This document shows, piece by piece, positions 14,351-26,267 of a DNA stretch of 64,000 nucleotides. This DNA comes from Eledone cirrhosa (Eukaryota): assembly GCA_964016885.1 (NCBI GenBank), contig OZ024743.1, positions 286,130,001 to 286,194,000 on the forward strand, written 5' to 3'. Numbering within the stretch: position 1 is the first letter of the stretch; each line of letters begins with the position of its first letter. Below the pieces are notes generated by a model that did no database searches, was not told where the DNA came from, and saw nothing but the letters and a program-made list of their open reading frames with translations. The position numbers and the translations under genes were made by a program.

Positions 14351-15847
14351 TAATGGGCTCCTATCATTAAAATACTCGATAAACCTCCTATGAGAAGCCA
14401 TTTTGCAAGCAGGAGACCAGCTGAACTTACATAGGTGTGAGCTCTAAAGTTCATTTCTTTTTGACCTGGCGCAAAAAGTAACATCAACACACTGTATTCT
14501 AAATTGAGGACGTATATGGGGCGGAACTTATCAGCTGATTAATTCTCATTCTTAAGTACTTGTAACCACCTTCTAGCACCAACCTCTATCCCATTATCTC
14601 TTAACATATTCACTGCAACAACATTACCAATACATCATTGATTGTCTGGATATTTTTAGATCTTGCATGTTTACAAACTTTTTCTCAATGAGAAAACGAA
14701 AGGCAGATCGAATATCAGGTTGAATTAGCTCATTAGTGATTCGGTGATAGCAGACATTTTTGAAAGGATCCACGGAGAGAAGATTCATTGCATAATTTAC
14801 TTCTTCTTTGAATATGTTCACAGAATCAAATTTGTTAAGTCAATAGCTAGAATATCAGTCTCAAACGGTAAAATAAAGTTTCTAGGTTCAGGAATACCAT
14901 ATGTATTGTCAACGATACACCCACGATGAAAAATATAGTCAGACTATCAGACAACCGCCACGACGACGACGACGACCACCACCACCACCACCACCTCCTC
15001 AAAAAGATTTTTTTTTACAAATGTTCTTTTACCAATCATTCATATTCAACACAAGGAATAATGTTTTATTTCAACTTCTGATTCTAAAATGTTGCTCCTT
15101 GTTTGAGCTTTGAAATGATCGAACCTTATATATGCAGAACAGTTGAGGATAAGGACACCCCCTCCTAAATACTTTGTATCTAATCTGCAATGTGCTGTTA
15201 ACCCATGGACATATATGTGTCGTACGCATACTGAATTATCTGTTTCAATATTTCTCGCCAGTGTTGTTAGCTCACAGTATATCAAACACTTATCGTTAAT
15301 CGTGTTAGTAGACTAAATCGACTTCAAACGATTTGTTAACATATGTTCTTGTTGTTAAGCTGCTCTTAACGACTAGACACAAGCTAGATTGGAACTAATA
15401 TAAAGATTTGACTTATGTTAAAAGCATATAGTTAGGTCACACCACCTACAATAACGTACATATTTAATATACGACAATAATAATACGAAATAAATTTAGG
15501 CGATTTAATTAATATAAAAATCATATTGAAAATTAAGCAGACTAAGATTTATGTTCGAATCATCTTAGTTTTTAGAATTATGCTTACGAAACATGGTCTC
15601 GAGATGAAGTTACAACACTGATTCTTTTAACAATTGTTTCACTATTACCTAACTTATTGAGTTAGGTAATAGTGAAACAATTGATTCACTATTACCTAAC
15701 TTATTGAGTTCACTCTGAGGAGAAATTTTCTTAATTGCTTTATCATTGAATGCTTCGTGACAGTCTTCGAATTTCAATCGGATGTGAATCTGCTACTTCC
15801 AGCTGCAACTTCATTTATACTCATTACTGTTATATATATATATATAT

Positions 15848-16148
15848 AAAAGAAATAAGATTTCGCTTCAAGCATAGCTTTATACAATATGTATAGAAAT
15901 TTCGTATTTCTAAAGAAATACGGTTTTAGGAAGCCGTAGCTATGCAAACACCGGGGCTAACACCCTTTGGTGGTGTCCAGCAGAAGCAAGAGGGAGAACC
16001 GTCTATGAATTTCAGGCTTGACTGGCCTTCGTCAGGACGGTCCCTCCCACCGCTTGCTACTGCTGGACACCACCAAAGGGTGTTAGCCTCGGTGTTTGCA
16101 TAGCTACGGCTTCCTAAAACCGTATTTCTTTAGAAATACGAAATTTCT
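15848..16148 (-). mobile_element. Rod-like fold-back non-coding element with a hammerhead at the apex
   Basis: Near-perfect inverted arms ~15895-15990 and ~16050-16148, flanked by TA/TC microsatellites. Confidence 0.8.
15992..16048 (-). ncRNA. Minimal type I hammerhead ribozyme
   Basis: gggagggaccgtc-CTGACGA-aggc cagtcaa gcct-GAAA-ttca-TA-gacggttctccc: long stem I, intact core, 4-bp stem II, 1-bp stem III. Confidence 0.85.
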
Positions 16149-16175
16149 CTCTCTCTCTCTATATATATATACATA

Positions 16176-16254
16176 CAGGGTGTCACCAAAAATATATACA
16201 CACTTCAACAGAATTCTAATCAAAGTGAGTATACATTTTTGGTGGGAAACCTTG
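16176..16254. mobile_element. Tiny Tc1/mariner-type MITE
   Basis: TA-CAGGGTGTCACCAAAAATATATACACACTT with an inverted partner ending at 16254. Confidence 0.6.
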
Positions 16255-16403
16255 TGTGTGTATATATATATATATATATATGAATATATGTATAGTATAT
16301 TTGGCAATATACTGTATGCTTAATTAAAAACATTTTGAAGACCTTGTGCTATTATTTTAAAGTAGTGACTATGTCACTTCTTTTTTCGACAAACAAAGGG
16401 GGA

Positions 16404-16449
16404 TAAGCTGACAGATCTGTTTCACACTGTTGGTGATCATCAGAGATTA
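16404..16449 (-). ncRNA. Type I hammerhead ribozyme (minus-arm copy)
   Basis: taatct-CTGATGA-tcaccaacagtgt-GAAA-cagatctg-TC-agctta. Confidence 0.8.
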
Positions 16450-16846
16450 ACACTTGCCCATGTTTGTTGAAAATTATAGATGCTGGATTCTTATAGAATT
16501 CCAGTAATAATCAGGAACTGATTATACAGAGCAGTTGCCGGTCCAGCAAACATTGAAAATTAGGATTGGTGCTCTGAAATAGCGATGTATACATGAATAT
16601 ATGTATAGTATATTTGGCAATATATTGTATGCTTAATTAAAAACTATACTATACATATATACTATACAAATATACTCTACAAATATACTATACATATATT
16701 CATGTATACATCACTATTTCAGAGCACCAATCCTAATTTTCAATGTTTGCTGGACCGGCAATCGCTCTGTATAATCAGTTCCTGATTATTACTGGAATTC
16801 TATAAGAATTCAGCATCTATAATTTTCAATAAACATCAGCGAGTGC

Positions 16847-16892
16847 TAAGCTCTGATGATCACCAACAGTGTGAAACAGATCTGTCAGCTTA
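16847..16892 (+). ncRNA. Type I hammerhead ribozyme, GUC site, palindromic stem III
   Basis: taagct-CTGATGA-tcaccaacagtgt-GAAA-cagatctg-TC-agctta; perfect 6-bp stem I; predicted cleavage after C16886. Confidence 0.9.
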
Positions 16893-16994
16893 TCTCCCTT
16901 TGTTTGTTGAAAAAAGAAGTAAGTGACATAGTCACTACTTTAAAATAATAGCGCAAGGTCTTCAACACAATTGGTAGAGTAGCAGGAAGAGGGA

Positions 16995-17028
16995 CTTAAT
17001 GTTTCAGACGCCAATCCTTCATCAGAAG
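16995..17028 (-). ncRNA. Ultra-minimal hammerhead-like motif (decayed)
   Basis: ctt-CTGATGA-a ggat tggc gtct-GAAA-caTT-aag; the usual ACGT stem III appears CpG-decayed. Confidence 0.55.
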
Positions 17029-19622
17029 AAAGAATGAGAAATTAGAAAGATTGAAGGGACGGGCGGGGTGGAATTTTGAAATTTTTTAGAGAAAATTTGA
17101 AAATGTTTAGAGAAAAGTTTGAAAATTCCATTTCTATTTTCATCTGGCACCCACCGCAAGAATTCTTGCCACATTACTTTTGTGAGTTTATTAAAATTTC
17201 ATAAACGGTCTCGTTTTTAACATTGGACTCAATGTCTGCGTTTTACAATAACCGTACTAACCGTACAACTAATGGGATTCCTGTAAGGTGAGAAATTTGA
17301 ACTCAAACAAATATTGCAAAGAATTCCGTTTCATATTGTAACAATTTCACGAAATCCATCGTGCTCAACGGCTGATTTATTTATCAATCCCGAAGAAAAA
17401 AGTTGATCTAAGTGAGATTTGAACTCAAAGCGCAGAAATAAATAGTGAGCCATTTTCAATCCAATGCTCTAACCGACCTTGCTAATTTGTCGCATTATAG
17501 CTGGAAGTAATCATACTAAAACTTGCTACGTATAACAAAAGTAACTGTAAATTAGGTTTCCGTCAGCTTGGAGTTAATTAAATCAGTTCAGTGCTGGGGT
17601 TCTTCACCCTTCTCTCTCGCTCTCTGGACCCAATCGGCTGTTTTGACCTTGAGAAGAACAGGTTCCTCCAGGTTTCAAATGCCCAAGACACACTGTGTGT
17701 CATGGCGGCGCTCATACCACACCATTAGGAGATAAGAAGCTTTCCTACTTCTATCATAGCTGTGTGTGGCTTTGAAGGTATTAACACACTGCCAAGGCAA
17801 TTCATAGTTTAACATTTTTATACCCATACTTAATCATTTTAAGTGAGTTGACAGCAATTATGGAGTCAAATTGTTAAGTTTGTATCTTGAATAACGGTAT
17901 AAATGAGTTAGTACGTATTGATAAGAAGCTCGTTTCAGCTAAACTCATGATGATTATAGAGAGAGAAACGAAAAATATACTTACTCATAACAGATAAATT
18001 TTTTAATGACACGCTAAACCATATCCATTCAACAGATAAAGGATTTGAGAGTTGACAATAGCCAGTTAATTATTTAAACTTCCTGTTATATTTTAAAAAA
18101 AATTATTTCTTGTTTTTAGCCACTCTTGCGGAAGTTTGGCAGAATAGTTGGAGAGTTGGATGAAAAGCATTGCAGTTCATCATTATGCCCTTCTGGTTTC
18201 AAACCACGTCAAGGTCAACTTTTCATTTTACCCTTCCGAAGTCGATAAAATATAGTACCAGTTAAGTACTATCGATATACTAATCGATCCCCCCCTAAAA
18301 TTACTGGCCTTGTGCCTAAAGTAAAAATCCTTATTATGGATAACATTTCAATAGACTTCTAGTTCCATAAAATTCCTGGCAAAATCCCCGACTATGGAGA
18401 ATCTATGATATACATGTGACGGCGTGTAGCTTGGTAGTTAGAGTGTTCGGCTTTCGACCATAAGATCATGAGTTCGATTCCCGATCACGCGTTGTCTCTT
18501 TAAGCAAGACATTGTATTTCATGTTGAACGAGTGCCTTCAACTGAAAAAAGTTTTATCTGTGATTCAAGGAGCCAGCCTTGTCACACACAATGTCATATT
18601 GAATGTCCTTACGAATTGCAAAATGTACACAAATACACCACATATATATATGAAGGCGCATGGCTTAGTGGTTAGAGCATTGGGCTTGCAATCGGAAGAT
18701 TATGAGTTCGATTCTCGGACCGGGTGATGCGTTGTGTCCTTTATTTCACGTTGCTCCAGTTTACTCGCTCAAGAAATGAGTTGCGACGTCACTGGTTTCA
18801 ACCTGTATTGGCCATTGCTTTTCCCTTGAACGTCATCGGTGGTGTAGAGAGGGGAGGCTGGTATGCATGGGCGACTGCTGGTCTTCCACAAACCTTGCTC
18901 GGACTTTTGCCTCGGAGGGAATTTTTCTAGGTGCAAATCCCATGGTCATTCGTGACCGAAGGAGATCTTTACCCTTATACATATACAACGGGCTTCTGTA
19001 GTTTCCATTTACCAAATTCCACTCACAAAGTATTGGTCAACTTGAGACTATGGCTATTAGGGTGGGTGTGAGCAGTAAAATGCTTACCCGTGTCAACTGA
19101 TGTTGCGTCCTTATATGTAACACAATGGTAACTTAACCTTTCGATAACTAGAGATCGATAAAATATGTACAAAGTTTAAATAGTAATTGGGTCAATATGA
19201 TCGACTTTAAGACCCTTGAGCTTGATGCTTAGAATTTTTCTTGTTCGATTCTTCTCTTGCACATCTTTCCACAAACTTCAGAATCACCTGGGAGCAGATG
19301 ATTAATTCCAATTTCTAAAGTAGCTGACTTTCACAGAGGAGTTTCCAATGAAAGTTAAAATCGCAGTCCTCTGGCTGATTGGTTATAGAGTCCACTTCCT
19401 CCAAGCGTGAACCTAATATAACTGTAATTTTGCTTCCCGTGTTTTGTTTATTTCATTGATTAGCTATATATATATATAACAAAGAAAGTGTGGTAAGGAA
19501 CCAGGTGGACCATAACGCACCAGAGTACTCGATACTTTGGGTAGTAGAGTGGGAAATAGGAAAAGAGTCAGGACTCCGGCGGCTGAGCTCTGGCCGTTTC
19601 GACAGCTAGATCCGACTCTTTT

Positions 19623-19664
<42 letters not shown>

Positions 19665-19703
19665 AAAAGGGTCGGATATATATATATATCATTATCTATA
19701 AAA

Positions 19704-19895
19704 GGCGGTGGATTGGCAGTATCGGTAGAGGTTCGGACGCCATGCTTTGACGCATAGAGTTACGGCCCTTGCCATTCTGAGTTCAAATCCCGCCGAGGTT
19801 AACTTTGCCTTTCATCCTTACGGGGTCGATAAAATAAAGTACCAGTAATGTACTGGGTAATTTTCTGGCCTTGTGCCAATAGTAGAAACAATTAT
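19704..19895 (+). mobile_element. Full-length OR-like tRNA-derived SINE
   Basis: GGCGGTGGATTGGCAGTATCGG A box, B box and shared body. Confidence 0.9.
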
Positions 19896-19921
19896 CTATA
19901 AAAGGCAGATTGTTGTTGTTG

Positions 19922-20000
<79 letters not shown>

Positions 20001-20323
20001 TGTGCATGTGTGTGTGTGTGTGTGTGTGTGCGTGTGCGTGTGCATGTTTCATGTTTATACATTTGCACAATTTCAAACCGATTCGACTCAACGTCTGTAA
20101 ATGGTCTAACTTAGGTCAAGGACTATTTAATTTTTTCAACTCACCCACAATTACGGAAATAATCAATAAACCTAAATACATGACGCTTTACCCCTCTAAT
20201 CCAATCTGATACCTCTCTCTACTCCCCTTAAAATTCGATAAAACTACATACATGCTGCAACTTTCTCTTATATACGCTTAAACCACTCCTTACAAACTTC
20301 CTTTAGGAATTTAAAAGAATTGA

Positions 20324-20387
<64 letters not shown>

Positions 20388-20575
20388 AGTGAGAGAGAGA
20401 ACGTTTGTTTTTGAGTGTGGAACGGTCAAACATTTATTTACTTCAATGACAACAATTATTCAAAAGCAGCAGAAACATTTATTCAACAACAAAAAAAATA
20501 CCGATAAATCTGTTTTAAAATATCTCTCAACGAATGGTGGAAGAAAGAAGTATCAGTTTATTTACAATACACAAT

Positions 20576-20966
20576 AATATCCTCTATGAGGTCACTAAAC
20601 CTGCTAGAAACAGCAGCTAACTCTCCCCCATATCACACCCCTCCCTACTGTCTTAAATTTAGAAAACACACATTAGACAACCATGCAGAACAACTCCATC
20701 GCAGCTCTGTTGTTCGGCTGGCATCGTCTACGCGCGTGTTGCGCAAGTACTGTGAAACAATAAATTTCAACACTTCTTTGCACAGAGATAATATCCATAG
20801 GCGAAACTACAATTGCCACTGCTGGCGCAGCTCCTGCTTCGGCAGTTCAGGTCTGCAATTCATTCACCCAGTGCCTGGCAGACAAAAAAGTGCTGCCATA
20901 AATTGGGTGGTGCAACCTAACTTTGGTAACTTACTGACCCCGAGCAACGCCGGGCTTTAATGCTAG
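20576..20966 (+). mobile_element. Non-autonomous Helitron-like element (near-identical copy at 53745-54124)
   Basis: Ends CCCG-agcaacgc-CGGG-ctttaatg-CTAG|T, the hairpin plus CTAG 3' signature of Helitrons. Confidence 0.75.
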
Positions 20967-21119
20967 TATATATATATATATATCGACAGTCGATCGACAA
21001 TATCCCAGACTTCATTCGCTTAACGAGTGGGGTGGAGTTCCACCTAATGGAGTTTTTCTTCATAAATTATATCACTGATTTAAAATCAATCATCATTTTC
21101 TTACAAGAAAAAAAAAACG

Positions 21120-21154
21120 TGTGAAACGCAGCAAGGCGCGGGTAATTCGGCTAG
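21120..21154 (+). mobile_element. Second Helitron-like 3' terminus
   Basis: cgcagcaaggcgcggg-taattcgg-CTAG|T. Confidence 0.55.
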
Positions 21155-22060
21155 TATATAAATAATTCTTTCGTGAGTTTTGTTATAGTACGAAACTACG
21201 GCGTATTTAATATTCGCCATTTTCGACGAAAATTTACCAAAGACAGCTGGAGATCATTCTCGATTATAAAGGGCAAACAAGATAACGGCCGTCCCCTTAG
21301 TTCTCATTTCACTATGTGTTCGGAACAGGTTTATACAAAGTGGTTATCACTTGATCTTGAGTTTAACAATGATCACCTAGCAACTGCCCAACTTTGGTAA
21401 GAGAGACGGAAAGCCTGTTATGTCTCTATCCACTTGCTCACTCCTATTCCCTCTACATACATCTGTAGCTTGTTTCTCTCTCATGTTTACGGGCACAAAA
21501 CATCATAATTCACATAGTTTATTCTGAACAACTCTTCACATCACGTTATTTACAAACTTTTCCTCGTTATGATTATATTTTTGGAACACAACCGCTTTGT
21601 AGTTACATATATTGCTGATTCAACTTTTATTTATTCTTCACAAATCTACGTCGTTTTATAACGCAGATGATTGACGAATAAATAACTTTATTTTCACTCA
21701 ATATATGGTTTCATTTTTCTGTTTACTTTTCGTCAATATCAAAATTAAGTGGGTATGTATGACATTTTGCCGAAGACTTAGAACGTTCTAACTCCGTGTT
21801 CTTTGGTATACTTCAACTTTAACTTAAAACACTTCAACCTAAAAAGAAAAAAAAAAAAAAAAAAAAACGATCAAGTCCTCACAGCAATACATATTGAATA
21901 TATTCAACCTAACATTCATACATTTCTTCGCCTCACTTCATACCCGTTTTATATACACACACGCGCGCCTGCGTGCACACGCACATCTGATACACACACG
22001 CGCACCCACGCGCGCATACACACACACACACGCACACACGCACACTCACACACATATATA

Positions 22061-22280
22061 CAGTGGCGGACTGGGTCTAAAAATATCGGTTGCCAGAAGA
22101 TGAAGGGGGCCCACCTACATATAGAGTGGTATCATTTAATTTTTATAATGAATAAATAACATTTTCAAAAAATACATAAGTGGAAACAAAACAGTGCAAT
22201 CAAATTTTTGCGGAAAAATATCTTACCTTCTGCAATAAAAAATATGTATTTTGCGAAATCCAGAGACTTTCAGTAATGAC
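22061..22280 (+). mobile_element. hAT-like element end, directly repeated at ~22970-23180
   Basis: Both copies start TA-CAGTG(G/A)CGGA and share ~200 bp. Confidence 0.65.
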
Positions 22281-22740
22281 TAAAAGTCGACCTTAAATAT
22301 TACTAATAGCTCTAGGAAAGCCATGAAAGACGCCACATCTTTTTAACTTTGATTTTGAAAGTAGGTTTATAATATCCAATTTTCATTATACTTTTGTAGC
22401 TGTCTCGGTGGCCTAGTTGGAGGAATCATAGCCGGTGGTGACCCTGGTCTGAAGTTCGATCCTGGTCGGTAGTAGGGTTCCCAATAAGCCTTTTCAGTTT
22501 TTTTCTATGGGTTGTAAAATAAAAACTGAAAGAGGTTACATGTACCTCTTGACCAGGATTGAACCCAAGGCCAGGGTCTCCACCATCTCTAGTACCTACA
22601 GCTAGGCTACAGAGAAAACTACGAGAATCTTATGAAAATACAAACTTATGAACCTACTTTCAAAATTTTCAAAACAAAGTGTTGTGGTGTCGTTCATGTC
22701 TTTCTTAATGTTGCTGTTCCTACTTAAGGTCGAATTCTAA
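22281..22740. repeat. ~460-bp palindrome carrying two convergent tRNA-like modules
   Basis: Arms tcgacctta...ttttgaaagtagg and cctactttcaaaa...taaggtcga. A/B-box-like motifs at 22409-22462 (+) and 22550-22620 (-). Confidence 0.7.
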
Positions 22741-24444
22741 ATCATTTGGGTGTTCCATAACCTACATCCTCATTTTGTTTCGCATCTATCTAGACTACAT
22801 TTTAACCTGTAATCCATGTTTCATTTCTGTTGCACCTCACCCCCCTCTCTTTCTCTCTAAGATATTTGAATCTACTATGATTGGGGCTTACTTTATTCAT
22901 ATATATATATATGTTTTTGCATGTCAGATTCAAACTTACAATGATTGGCATTATATATATATATATATACAGTGACGGATTAGGTCTAAAAATATTGGTT
23001 GCCAGATGAAGGGGGCCCACTTATATATAGAATGCTCTCATTTAATTTTTATAATGAATAAATAACATTTAAAAAAAATACATAAGTGGAAACAAAACAG
23101 TGCAATCAAATTTTTGCGGGAAAATATCTTACCTTCTCCAATAAAAAATATCTATTTTGCGAAATCTTTTCAATAATGACCTTTGGTATTTCACACTCAC
23201 TCACTCTAATATATATATATACAGTGAATTTTCGCTTATCCGGACGGTCAAAACCAAACAGTTAGAGAAAGATCCGGTTAAGTGAAATATCCTGATCAGT
23301 GAATTCTAAAATCCCATTGTTACATAATGCTAGTGGTTTCTAATGTTTTGGCTTCTTTTAGTCAAAATAAAAGACAAATGCTAAGTAAAGAAAGTTTATT
23401 AGAATAACAAAAGAACAGCTAGAATTTATAAGAAAATTAATTAAACAAACATAAGAATAACTAAAAACTTGGTAAAACTGAATTGAGTCAAACCATAAAA
23501 AGTTAGTACTTTTATAAAAGTGAATAAATAGAGATTGTTTTTTTATGATTAAGCTATAATTGAGATTTATAAACATTTATAGCCTCTCTATAAGCATAAT
23601 AAAAAAAAAGAAACATAACTTCTATATAATTAATTGACAGCACTTGATTTAAGAAAAAAAATTATTCACCGAAATATTTTCTGATTGAATACAACATATT
23701 TTACCCTAAAGAGAGTTCTGATATTAAAATGTTATAAGAAGACAAGTTTTTAGTGGAAAGTAATGAACACACAAGGATTGCAGTCAGACGTAATTGTGAT
23801 GAGACAAACATTGTGTGCAGCAGAAGATTGTGAACAGATGAAAGGTATGAACTAATGAAAGCTATGAAGTGATGACATAATCTGCTACAATTGTCAAATA
23901 ACTCATTTATTTCACACATTATCAGGTGTGTGGGTGGCCATAAAAGAACTATCAAACTATCGCTATTTATCTGTCGCTCATATTTTCTCCATAGTCCTGG
24001 ATGGACCTCCGTCGATTCGACGATGAGTGTTCCAGTTGTTAGATTAGCGGAACTGTCTGTTCGTGGAATTAACGTGCAAGTGGTTGAGCATCCCAGATAC
24101 ATGTACCTTTAAATTAATTCATAGTGAGATTAAGCGTGACACGATGAGTGACAAGACCGCCTCTTTGAATTACAGGTACAGTCCACCCGAGGGCTTCTAA
24201 ACAGCGTCCGTCTATCCAATTTCACTCACAAGACATGAGTCAATCCGAAGCTATGGTACATGATACATGCTCAAGATGCCACGCAGTGTGCTCGAACTTG
24301 AAACCTTATGAATGTGAAGTGAACATCTTAAGCATTCGGCCAAGCTGCATCCACCTTCCCATAGTCATACAGCTACAAGGAAGGTCTCTATTTACGTCAA
24401 ATGAGTTTAACACCCCCCCCCCCCCCAAAAAAAAAAAACAATGA

Positions 24445-24642
24445 TTTCTATTTAGACAAGTCCAACAATTTTGGAGGATGGGAAAGTCGATTGAATCAAC
24501 CCCAGTGCGTTACTGGTACTTTATTTTATCAACCCTGTAAGGATGAAGGCAAAGCTATCCTCGACGGGATTTGAAATAAGAACGTAAAGGGTCGTAACTC
24601 TATGCCACAAAGTATGTTGTCCGACACTCTACCGATACTGCT
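24445..24642 (-). mobile_element. OR-like SINE
   Basis: Shared SINE body, reverse strand. Confidence 0.82.
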
Positions 24643-25084
24643 AACAACAAAAAAAAACAAAAAAAAAAACAATGATAATCTTCTGTTTATGCAAGGTAAG
24701 TAACTATTGAGGATAGTTACCCGTTTATCCCATTCGTTTGGGTTTCACTTCTGGCGAATAAATTCTATCTTCTACTGGCATTCCTTTACCTGTAGCAAAT
24801 ACCAACATTTCTCACTGTAACCAGTTCTCTACCACGCTATTGTCAAATAATACGCTAAGTGTCAAAACATACGATTGAATTGGAATACATTTGGGCGATT
24901 CCTACTATGTTGACATCCAGTAAACGAATCTCCTAGGGCATCGGACAGTCTTTATGTTCAACTATATAAAAATATAAAATATGGTTCGGAAGTCTACATT
25001 AGCAAAACAAAAACAAAAACAAACAAACAAAAACACTTGGAATACATTTTAATACTGCTTCTCATTTCCTTTCAACGGAAGTGT

Positions 25085-25263
25085 AATTGTTTCTACTTTT
25101 GGCACAAGGCCAGCAATTACCCAGTGTATTACTGGTACTTTATTTTATCGACCCCGTAAGGATGAAAGACAAAGTTAACCTCGGCGGGATTTGAACTCAG
25201 ACCGTAAAGGGACGTAACTCTAAGCTTCAAAGCATGGTGTCCGACTCTCTACCGATACTGCCA
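25085..25263 (-). mobile_element. OR-like SINE
   Basis: Shared SINE body, reverse strand. Confidence 0.88.
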
Positions 25264-25466
25264 GTCCAACGGAAGTGTAAATAATATACCATACAATGTG
25301 CAAACTATATATTTAACATGTATGTATGTATGTATGTATGTGTGTATGTGTGTATGTGTGTGTGTGTGTGTATGTATGCAGGTATGTGTATATCTTTCAC
25401 CGAAGCATATCGGCAAGGAAGCTGAAAAGCTGGTGCTATTCGAGCAAAATAATATGCGATACTTAC

Positions 25467-25524
25467 TCTGCACCGAGTATAAAGACTCCATTGTCACTCT
25501 CGTCTTCAGAGAAACTTAGTGAAC
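25467..25524 (-). CDS. Candidate 58-nt host exon (xSLSFSEDESDNGVFILGAx)
   Basis: cacAG acceptor with upstream CTAAT branch-like motif, perfect GTAAGT donor, open protein-like frame. Confidence 0.4.
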
Positions 25525-25577
25525 CTGTGATTTACCGTTACAAATTAGTAACAAATGCAGCCATTTTTCATCAATTG

Positions 25578-25645
<68 letters not shown>

Positions 25646-25651
<6 letters not shown>

Positions 25652-26016
25652 AGGTATAGGATTATCCTAGATGCAGTAATGGTTAATTACTACACTGGAT
25701 ATGGTTGACGTACGGTGAGAGGTTACTCAACGAGTTATGGAAGAATTGTTGAAGAAACTTAGTTCCTGATTCTTCTGTATTCCGGAGTGTAGATAAAGAA
25801 TGAATAATAACAGGTAGACATCATAAAAAGGTAATTTATTCCGTGTGCTTACAAATGTTTCCACGGTGGTAATACAGCCTAGTTATGCTATGTGCAAATT
25901 TACAACTATTTGCAGAACTCAAATATTAAATGCTGTGACCACTGTATCATCAGAGCAGAATGGTTAAAATGTACAATGTAAATGTACAAATATTTACATT
26001 GTACATTCTTAAACAT

Positions 26017-26020
<4 letters not shown>
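25646..26020 (-). mobile_element. Non-coding retrozyme-like element between (TA)n tracts with a terminal snap-back hairpin
   Basis: ~375 bp; HHR at 25846-25957; hairpin at 25959-26018. Confidence 0.7.
25846..25957 (-). ncRNA. Type I hammerhead with greatly extended stem II
   Basis: tgct-CTGATGA-tacagtggt...(long insert)...accaccgtg-GAAA-catttg-TA-agca. Confidence 0.75.
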
Positions 26021-26064
<44 letters not shown>

Positions 26065-26267
26065 TTTCTGTTGCTTAAACCATTTTGTTTGTTTACCCTA
26101 GCGTCCCCTTTATTTACGTGTCCCAACGACTTTTTTTAGCCGTTGCTCGCACCAACCTGAGGTATATGGCCTTTAATGCGACGAAATGCCTACGACGGTT
26201 GGAAGGCTACTGATGAGGACAAACTTTTTCATATGTAACCCATTTGCAGCGCCGCAGCTACATTATT

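Larger units (their letters stand above)
16281..16965. mobile_element. Non-LTR retrozyme-like element: ~312-nt monomer with a partial tandem repeat (minus) plus an inverted copy (plus)
   Basis: Direct repeat tgaatatatgtatagtatatttggcaatat at ~16281 and ~16594; inverted arm ~16680-16965; one HHR per arm; no ORF. Confidence 0.85.

Noticed and set aside
18421-18490. Apparent tRNA gene
   Set aside because: Continues into the SINE body shared with 14248, 18655 and 44630, so it is a SINE head.
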